A stretch of 25,376 nucleotides of DNA from a virus. Taxonomy: Duplodnaviria; Caudoviricetes. The position numbers were made by a program, and so were the translations under genes. Each line of letters starts with the position of its first letter. The stretch's first letter is position 1. Below the pieces are notes generated by a model. The model was given only the letters and a program-made list of their open reading frames with translations, ran no database searches and was not told the origin of the DNA. Location of the stretch: positions 1-25,376 of the IMG/VR virus record IMGVR_UViG_3300005805_000443; one strand, given 5' to 3'. Of the stretch, positions 8,801-14,421 are shown piece by piece.

Positions 8801-11800
8801 CAATTAAACGATCCAGAAAACGAGTTTGATCCAGCCAAATCAAAATTCTTTAGTATGGGTCTTACTGCAGATAAATTAGAACAAACAGCAATGACTGCTG
8901 TTGGACAAAATTCTGCAGAAATGGGTCCAAAATTCAATGCTGGCGGAGTAATGCTTACTGGTCAACAAATTGGATCTGACCTTATGGCTGGAGTGAATGC
9001 TGGCATTACTGATGGCGTTCAGGCTAAAGAGGCTGCCGCAAGACAAGCCATTAAATGGTATGAAGAATGGATGAGGGATGAAACGGAGACAAAATCTCCA
9101 TCAAAAGTTTATGAAAGATTAGGCCAGGATATTATTGCTGGTCTAATGAATGGTTTAGTTCTTCCTCCAGATGCTGGAAAATCTTTAGTTGCGTCATTGA
9201 ATGATGCATTAAAGGCACCTTTAGCAGATTATAAAGTTGCATTTACAGATCCAATAAATGGAATTTCTGGCATAATGAATTCAGAAGTAAAAACAGCATC
9301 TGACCGTTTCTATGAAACAATGACAATAAGAATGCAAGATACTGTAGATGAAATAAACGATATTCTTAAAACTAATCTTACTGATTATGTATTCAATATA
9401 ATTGGAAATCCAAAGATTTATGATGGCGGAGCCAGATCAATTTGGCAACAAGTATTCCAGGGATTACCAGACAGTATATTTACGACAGAAATGCCTAAGT
9501 ATGCTAAAGGTGGATATGTAAGTGGGCCAGGTGGTCCAACAGAAGATAAAATTCCTGCCCTTCTTTCTGATGGAGAATATGTAATTAAGGCGTCTAGTGT
9601 TAGTCAGTATGGTACAGAATTATTAGATCAAATTAATGCTAGGAAGTTTTATACAGGTGGTTATGTATCTGCAGATAGAGCAGAATATAATGCTTCTCGC
9701 AGACCGACCTACTTTGGCGGAACTCCAACATCTTCAACTGGATATAACGCTCCCGCTCCATCATATTATGGAGGAACCCCAACATATTATGGAGGATATA
9801 CATCTACTTCTAAAAATATAAGAAGGAATACTGGACCAGCAGATGAATTAAACATAGCATATACAGGATCTGGATTAATTAGTTACGGAGGCGGTAACTA
9901 TGCATGGGATACTACAAAGGGTAAATATGTAAAGATATCAGATGTTAGAACAGGAACAGCAGCAAATGGTTTTTATATGATGGGTAATGCTGTTTCTGAA
10001 TCTATCAAAGAAAGAGGAGTGTGGGACACACTAGTAAATTCTGGTAATTACATTAGAAATAATCCAAGTCAGATGATTCCTTTTGTTGGTTCAAGCAGCA
10101 TAGACACATCAACATCATATGGTAAAGATTTATACGCAGCCTCACTTCTTTTAGATGTAGCAAGTCTTATTCCGTTCGGCTTTATTCCTTCTACTTTATT
10201 TAAAGGTTCCTCTCTATTCGCAAGAACGGCTGCTGCAAGTGTTGCTTCAGCAAGTAGCCATGCAATTACAGATGGTGTCCCAGCAGTTATTGATTATTCT
10301 GTACAAAATCAATTATCAGCATCTGGTATGCAAGGATATCCAGGACTAGAAAGACCGCTACCTCCAGCACCAGCCCCATACACAAGGCCAGTACTTAGAC
10401 CAACAAGTGATCAAATTAAAGAAGCAATGGAGTCTGGGGTATTTAATTTAAGAAATGTTCCAGACGGAGTAAGGTACCCGTTTGATCCTAGCGACCCCGC
10501 ATCCTCTACAGTAGGACTCCCATTTGCAACAGGAAGAGATAGAAGAGTAGGAATTTTCCCCAAGGGAACTAGATCTAGATTACATGATGAGCCAACAGAT
10601 TATGGTCCTAATGGTAGAATAATGCAAGGATATACTGATGCCTGGGCTTTATATGTAGCAATGTCATCAAATGATTTAACTGGACAAACATACCATCCAA
10701 ACTCTGTTAGGCAGGGTCCTGGAATGAAAGACGTTCAAGATATTTTGCCAGAGTATCATACAATGGGTCCAGCCAGAGCAAGAGGGTTCAATTATGGTCT
10801 AATAAAAATATTCGGAAACCTTGAAAATGCTATTAGATGGGGGATTAAGCCTATGGCTATTGATCCTAATCCTACTCTAGAAGAAGTACCAGGGAGTCGT
10901 CCATATGATCAGCCAGAAGCACCAGCACAATTAAGATATAGAAATCCTGGCATGTCTATAGATACAGAAGTGTATCCATCTAATTGGGCTCAAATGTCTA
11001 CTGAAGAAAAAGTTATGTATAAGTTAGGTAGAGTACTTGGATACAACAAGGGTCTTGGATATACTACAGAAAAATCATTAGTTCATCTTCCAGAATTAGG
11101 TAGAGTTCCTGAAACTATTGAATCAATGATAGAAGAGTATAATACAACCCCAATGGGACTTGCCTCTAAACTTGCTTCAGATAGGGTTCCAACATTTTCA
11201 TTTAATAAACCTGAAGGAATACAAAACGACTTTGCTGCATATCAAGATCCTACAGGAAGAGTATGGAGTAATAGAGAAATACTTAATAATAGAAAAGAAT
11301 TCCCTATTCCAATTTATCCAACAACTCCAGGAGTAGAAAAACTTAATCCATTCCAGTCTTCAGTTCAAAATGCGGTAGATACGGTACACGTTGGCGCAGG
11401 ACTACCCGACCTTGTTGCAAAATATGTTATTCGTGGTGCCCTAGGAGCAGTATTCCCTGATGATCCAAAGGGTGCTGGATTTAGATCTGCTATAGCAAAA
11501 TTTGCAAATGGAGAAATAGATTTATCAACAGCCGCTATTCTAGGAGCAGTTTCATCATTTAATCCTGCTATGTCAGAAATTGAACTACTTAAGCCAAGCA
11601 ACTGGGCTAATTGGAATAGCGATCCTATATATTCTGATGAATGGATGAAGCAGTTTGTACATCTCACAGGACAAAGGGATCAATTTGGAAATCCAATTCC
11701 AAATAAAATTTCTAAACCAGGAATACCAATAGGAACTTTAAACTCCACCTTCCCGCAGGCGGCTACTGGAAGAGGTGTTCCACTTAGACCAGTACCTAGT

Positions 11801-13957
11801 AGACCAGGATTCCCAGACTGGGGTACAGGAGTTTCAGGAAAGCCAGGATTCCCAACATGGGGTACAGGAGTGCCAAGATCGCCAGGATTCCCAACATGGG
11901 GTACAGGAACTGGTAGACGTACCCCTACATCATATTCTGGCGGAGTTCGCGGCTATTCATCTCCATTAGATGGAAATGCAATGACTCCTAGATTATATTC
12001 TGCATACTTAAGAGCAAAAAGTCAGGGTAAGGCAAATTATGCAGCCCCGCTAGTTAATCCATTTATTAATGATTTAATGGGAAGCGGATACCGTATAACT
12101 GATACCCCAGAGTCGGCACAAGAATTACCACTAGGGGCTACGCTTAAAGATTTTAAAAATTCATTAAATATATATAGTCCAGAATTTTTAGAACAACTAT
12201 TAGGAATAGAGTTAGATCCATCAAATAAACTTACTGTTGATAGTATGATTAAATTAGGATCAACTCCGATCAGTATATTGACTTTAGATCAGTATCTTGA
12301 AGCAGGAGGGGTTCAAGAATCGGCGGGTCTGTATAATAATTCTGACGAGAATATACTAATTAATAGTACGCCAAGGTATCCAATTACTGTAATGTATCCA
12401 GATGGTACTACTAAATTAGCCAATCAAAGAGATCCAGAAGATCTTTTAAGAACTCTATATCATGAACTTAGACATGCACAAAATAACCTTCTTCTGGGAG
12501 GCGTTGATGAATTAGGAAGATCATATGCTCAAGGAAACACCAACCCATATTTTGACGAGTCATTTAAAGGAATTATAAAAACAAACACTTTAACTGGAGG
12601 TAGTGGTTCAAAAGATACATATTTTGATGACATTGGTAATTCTTATGGAAGAGGTATAGAAGAGGCATCAGCAGCACAAACTGAACTTATTATCATGAAG
12701 GCATTAAAGGGGTCAGGGTTTGATATAACTCAAGATGGTCGTCCATTATATACACAATCTCCAGAAGATCTTCCATATAATATGCTAAATGGTCAACTTT
12801 CTTACCAAGCGCTTTATTATTTGACTCATATGAATAATCCAAATAATCCAATAACTAAAGATGAAATGAAATATTTAAATACGCAGGCATGGAAACAATT
12901 TGTTAATAATATGGATGGGAAAATAGATGTTCCAAAAAATCTTAATCCATTAGAACTTGCATATTACTATGCTCCAACATCAGTAAGAAAAAAGATGCTT
13001 CAGTTGAATCCAAATTTGAAAGCAGCATGGACTGGTAAAAAGGGAGGACTAGTAAGAAGATTTGCTAATGGAGGATTAGTTAGAGTCGGCGCGGAAAACT
13101 TGACCGTTCTTGGTAATGGAATTTCAGATTATGCTAGAAAGTTTACTGGAACTCCATATTCTTCTAGTGCAGCCTGGGCTGATGGTCCAGCAAATGGCTG
13201 GGGATGTGCTACAGCAACTAAATGGTTATATGATTCATATGCTGGAGTAGACTTAGGACATGCATCATTATCCGCATCACAATACTCAAGTGGTGCTGGA
13301 TCTCAAGTAAGTAACATGTTGCCTGGAGATTTATTATACTTCTATTATCCAAATGGAGTTAATAGAGAAAATCCAATTAACCATACAGGAATGTACTTGG
13401 GAGATGGATCTATGTTCCATGCTAGAAGTGAGGCTCTTGGCACTCAAATTACTGGTGTTGATGAGGCTGGCATGGACCGCGCACGCACACGCGCAGGCGG
13501 CACAGCAATAAAAAGATATCTTCCACTTACAATTGCTGGCATGGGAATTCCTACAGCACAATTTAAGATGGGCGGAAAGGTGTATGGAAAGGGTGGTCCA
13601 ACATCAGATGACATTCTTGCATTAATTAGTAATGGCGAATATGTAATGAGTGCAGGCGCTGTCACACATTACGGTAAAGATTTTATGGATGCTGTCAATA
13701 AGGGAGTGCTTCCAGAAGCAGCAATGGGCGGGATGTTCTCTTCTAAGTATCCTGGATATGTACAAAAAATGGGAGATGGAGGAATGCTTTCTAGGAAGTT
13801 TGGAAAAGATTCAGATTCCTCTCCAATTTCTAATGTAGAGTATAATATAAATGTAAACGTAGCGGGAACTAACTCATCTCCTGATGACATAGCAGAAGCC
13901 GTAATGAAATCACTTAAGAGACAAGAAAGAATGGTTGGGGCGGTAACTAGAGTATGA
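2879..13957 (+). CDS. Giant tape measure protein, 3692 aa, with C-terminal zincin and NlpC/P60 peptidase domains
   Basis: Follows the chaperone frameshift pair. TP901-type TMP core near the N-terminus (GRQLTVGLTVPL...GVSASEAANAIKSSLASLINP), Ala/Glu/Gln-rich helices, hydrophobic segments (~4480-4600, ~6310-6510), KSPSKV...GQDIIAGL motif (~9092), HELRH at 12461-12475, NlpC/P60 C/H/H at 13205/13382/13418. Confidence 0.95.
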   Translation: MSRIELNIVATGNFRNVETSVARLRSQIDSLNASMMAVGFNTGISKSVSLFQDQFNSAIDSSGMFERHMVNLTTETTRFGRSLESGSMRLGQLFRAATEYRRGELGQIRQLAREQIRLANSTTMRMADGTTQVIVPRGIDEGLEKQRILNQEYRIFRQVVSNGSTEIINWGKNTQWAGRQLTVGLTVPLTIFGAAAGKMFMDADKQLTRLTKVYGDATKGMVNADELAKIRSETLALSQEIASSMGVAVEETLGIAADIAATGAQGNDLLAATSEAMRLSVLGEVDRQEAMKATLSIQSVFKKDTEGLTQSINLLNAVENQTSATINDLVTGIVKAGPVVKGLGGDVDDLAAMMVAMREGGVSASEAANAIKSSLASLINPTKQTTDVLSGFGINIKDIVDKNAGDVIGTLMDLQSALSGLDDLSRQRAIEQVFGKFQFSRINALLANLGKAGSQTQQVFAIAGMSIEELAKNADAELKAVTESVTGRFQRSFESLKASLIPIGETFVTVGTMLLNVGNKVLEIFNAIPEPIKNIVKGLLGATAVIGPLIMITGVLGNFFGYLVKGISTILAFKKEGRGAFELLTVDSIAARDATELLSESLYDQSTAMNTMAQAVDTLVKKLQELVSQLNNAKGASSGLDEAAQGVMANAEAAAIVRMGPATPYTTPAVPWAKEKGRQRYTGREEVGVTYSHLTPESMLGASKEEIKRLQDLLDAGSISQREFDIKSTSGRGLMGIGTFVDQAASDVQKDLKNFYADIVGLREQALTPEVRRQALENLSRSQHGTGPALEASLAQIRALSDEQLAQLLPSWEKITAQSAEYFAILSVSAEKIQAGNKEVAAAFKKYSLDIESGRDPLASLEELRSAVNGAEGAVDAKVLEITQEFSKIEQELASMPAGPQRATRTAELIKERIVNPYEIGSIIDLKKSGVAGMGEGGLRNPLVQAIQMYTDQIFNDTESSRQVAAALASGNKELIESTLRLAQARQKEAQAAEEKIAAEEQYQLAAKNQADAQAAYAKAQRESAQALLRYGPNSPQFKAAQQAEYQAQQKLIQSDVQLVAAAEKKKAAIVQSNRASRELSEEEIQLAALREKQSLEVIENTVSTQRNTDSTNKGTLAREGQSGAIVGNTGSTGKNSGSIFGGGRLGGALSLASMAALFLPRPGEDTGAGQAVNAGLNIANFAGMGAMFGGPGIAIGAGIGAAIEGISFLGRKAEETALQVEKYRASSEALRTGLTELERSFFDVKPLQELKDLPLGAFNLRTQEATDRLREFARAVAEAEPGSTEAGRRDAIAAMSSGEEFINSPMFSKMVSEALLGGMGIEDIKTMIGGYLKAAGKENFAAEANFELNRIGKLGTKPEEIGAKYLAELQTIADRVISSAGYSAGEGVKLRKIQQGYEKERAGRSVTITNESGQDVNANVSDIANFLKTTAEKNNSTLQEYIDYLTAEPGQAIAAPPGIEEVFSNMKIDGETMQQNEAAFDFIISSAEELIALSPDLNGISNVMGAIGNESQLMVQGLFSSLAAGPQAFDEFINSLGATANTLQNNTGLMDEVGIQLSEMSADAGRAFDMMMKGGVDLQDALRIVSMVIADVNTDWAALADMAKANPADFYANVWMSFVQGSPVGATPTAQGATNPEDVIQSALGAIDYSGSGGGGSGGSGSDYYDKLIEAQDKIIEGIQKEREERQKLLELQEKQVDFALRRQDLENQIARATAEGNFAEAALLQAQLDAEKEKYQAEEIERRRQEREDKKIAAAEKEKERLQKLQDASSGGGGGGGSAGPSAAQQQWTANRVELLTSGVVNWTEGAELRVRTSQMGPWSAFFDSEKVKSYRQELEKLNIPAENIDQILNELYDSWIDNNNQLFAQTDDYKFIEDSLKGMGVAGEDLKEVMPDVFGALLDKTLNPEEKIQLISDSLYDLGYETDEAYTKAKKLYKQYGEDFDGKGIDEEIAKWIEWNDIISRAEKRLEKINEQLNDPENEFDPAKSKFFSMGLTADKLEQTAMTAVGQNSAEMGPKFNAGGVMLTGQQIGSDLMAGVNAGITDGVQAKEAAARQAIKWYEEWMRDETETKSPSKVYERLGQDIIAGLMNGLVLPPDAGKSLVASLNDALKAPLADYKVAFTDPINGISGIMNSEVKTASDRFYETMTIRMQDTVDEINDILKTNLTDYVFNIIGNPKIYDGGARSIWQQVFQGLPDSIFTTEMPKYAKGGYVSGPGGPTEDKIPALLSDGEYVIKASSVSQYGTELLDQINARKFYTGGYVSADRAEYNASRRPTYFGGTPTSSTGYNAPAPSYYGGTPTYYGGYTSTSKNIRRNTGPADELNIAYTGSGLISYGGGNYAWDTTKGKYVKISDVRTGTAANGFYMMGNAVSESIKERGVWDTLVNSGNYIRNNPSQMIPFVGSSSIDTSTSYGKDLYAASLLLDVASLIPFGFIPSTLFKGSSLFARTAAASVASASSHAITDGVPAVIDYSVQNQLSASGMQGYPGLERPLPPAPAPYTRPVLRPTSDQIKEAMESGVFNLRNVPDGVRYPFDPSDPASSTVGLPFATGRDRRVGIFPKGTRSRLHDEPTDYGPNGRIMQGYTDAWALYVAMSSNDLTGQTYHPNSVRQGPGMKDVQDILPEYHTMGPARARGFNYGLIKIFGNLENAIRWGIKPMAIDPNPTLEEVPGSRPYDQPEAPAQLRYRNPGMSIDTEVYPSNWAQMSTEEKVMYKLGRVLGYNKGLGYTTEKSLVHLPELGRVPETIESMIEEYNTTPMGLASKLASDRVPTFSFNKPEGIQNDFAAYQDPTGRVWSNREILNNRKEFPIPIYPTTPGVEKLNPFQSSVQNAVDTVHVGAGLPDLVAKYVIRGALGAVFPDDPKGAGFRSAIAKFANGEIDLSTAAILGAVSSFNPAMSEIELLKPSNWANWNSDPIYSDEWMKQFVHLTGQRDQFGNPIPNKISKPGIPIGTLNSTFPQAATGRGVPLRPVPSRPGFPDWGTGVSGKPGFPTWGTGVPRSPGFPTWGTGTGRRTPTSYSGGVRGYSSPLDGNAMTPRLYSAYLRAKSQGKANYAAPLVNPFINDLMGSGYRITDTPESAQELPLGATLKDFKNSLNIYSPEFLEQLLGIELDPSNKLTVDSMIKLGSTPISILTLDQYLEAGGVQESAGLYNNSDENILINSTPRYPITVMYPDGTTKLANQRDPEDLLRTLYHELRHAQNNLLLGGVDELGRSYAQGNTNPYFDESFKGIIKTNTLTGGSGSKDTYFDDIGNSYGRGIEEASAAQTELIIMKALKGSGFDITQDGRPLYTQSPEDLPYNMLNGQLSYQALYYLTHMNNPNNPITKDEMKYLNTQAWKQFVNNMDGKIDVPKNLNPLELAYYYAPTSVRKKMLQLNPNLKAAWTGKKGGLVRRFANGGLVRVGAENLTVLGNGISDYARKFTGTPYSSSAAWADGPANGWGCATATKWLYDSYAGVDLGHASLSASQYSSGAGSQVSNMLPGDLLYFYYPNGVNRENPINHTGMYLGDGSMFHARSEALGTQITGVDEAGMDRARTRAGGTAIKRYLPLTIAGMGIPTAQFKMGGKVYGKGGPTSDDILALISNGEYVMSAGAVTHYGKDFMDAVNKGVLPEAAMGGMFSSKYPGYVQKMGDGGMLSRKFGKDSDSSPISNVEYNINVNVAGTNSSPDDIAEAVMKSLKRQERMVGAVTRV
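11804..11908 (+). repeat. In-frame tandem repeat, 3 x 39 nt (PGFP[D/T]WGTG core)
   Basis: CCAGGATTCCCA(GAC/ACA)TGGGGTACAGGA at 11804, 11843 and 11882; copies 2 and 3 share 28 identical nt. Confidence 0.95.
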
Positions 13958-14421
13958 CATTAATTATTCCATCAATTATTAAACTTCAGGCTAATGGCAA
14001 GACTGCTGCAGAATTTTCTCCATCTACTCCTACAAATGGTCAATTAACCTTATCAGATCATTCAAGATCTCCGTTAAGCGTGTCTTATGAAATTATTGAA
14101 AATAAACAAAGAATGGCAGACGGAACTATGAGAAGAAGTATAATTTCTAAAAAAAGAACTTTCGGATGCTCATGGGAAATGATGCCAACAGTAACTAATC
14201 TTATGGCTGACGGTAATGCTAATGCCACAAATATGAAGGCGTTCTATGAACTTTATTGCTACTCCCCTTTGACTTTGACATTAAGATATAAAAGAAATAA
14301 TTCAGAAACTTCAATTGATGAAACATATCAAGTCTATTGGACAGATTTCAGTTTTGATGTAATAAAAAGATATAAGAACTTTGACTATTGGAATGTAACA
14401 TCTGAATTTACGGAGATATAA
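13954..14421 (+). CDS. Distal tail (Dit-like) minor tail protein, 155 aa
   Basis: First gene after TMP with ATGA overlap; RMADGTMRR...KKRTFGCSW pattern typical of distal-tail / lambda gpM-position proteins. Confidence 0.75.
   Translation: MTLIIPSIIKLQANGKTAAEFSPSTPTNGQLTLSDHSRSPLSVSYEIIENKQRMADGTMRRSIISKKRTFGCSWEMMPTVTNLMADGNANATNMKAFYELYCYSPLTLTLRYKRNNSETSIDETYQVYWTDFSFDVIKRYKNFDYWNVTSEFTEI

Noticed and set aside
11804-11908. CRISPR-like mini-array (27-28 nt repeats with unique spacers)
   Set aside because: Spacers are only 11-12 nt, the period is 13 codons in frame within the TMP, and there is no leader or cas gene; it is a protein repeat.
13474-13504. GC-rich patch GGACCGCGCACGCACACGCGCAGGCGGCAC as a regulatory hairpin
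   Set aside because: Only short, imperfect pairing; explained by the encoded DRARTRAGGT.
9638-13561. Intein or intron as the explanation for the TMP insert
   Set aside because: No C/S...HN-C/S/T intein termini or LAGLIDADG motifs were seen, and the frame is uninterrupted.
13954-14421. Immunity gene for the putative TMP toxin cargo
   Set aside because: Position and motifs fit a Dit-like structural protein; no toxin-immunity pair is evident.
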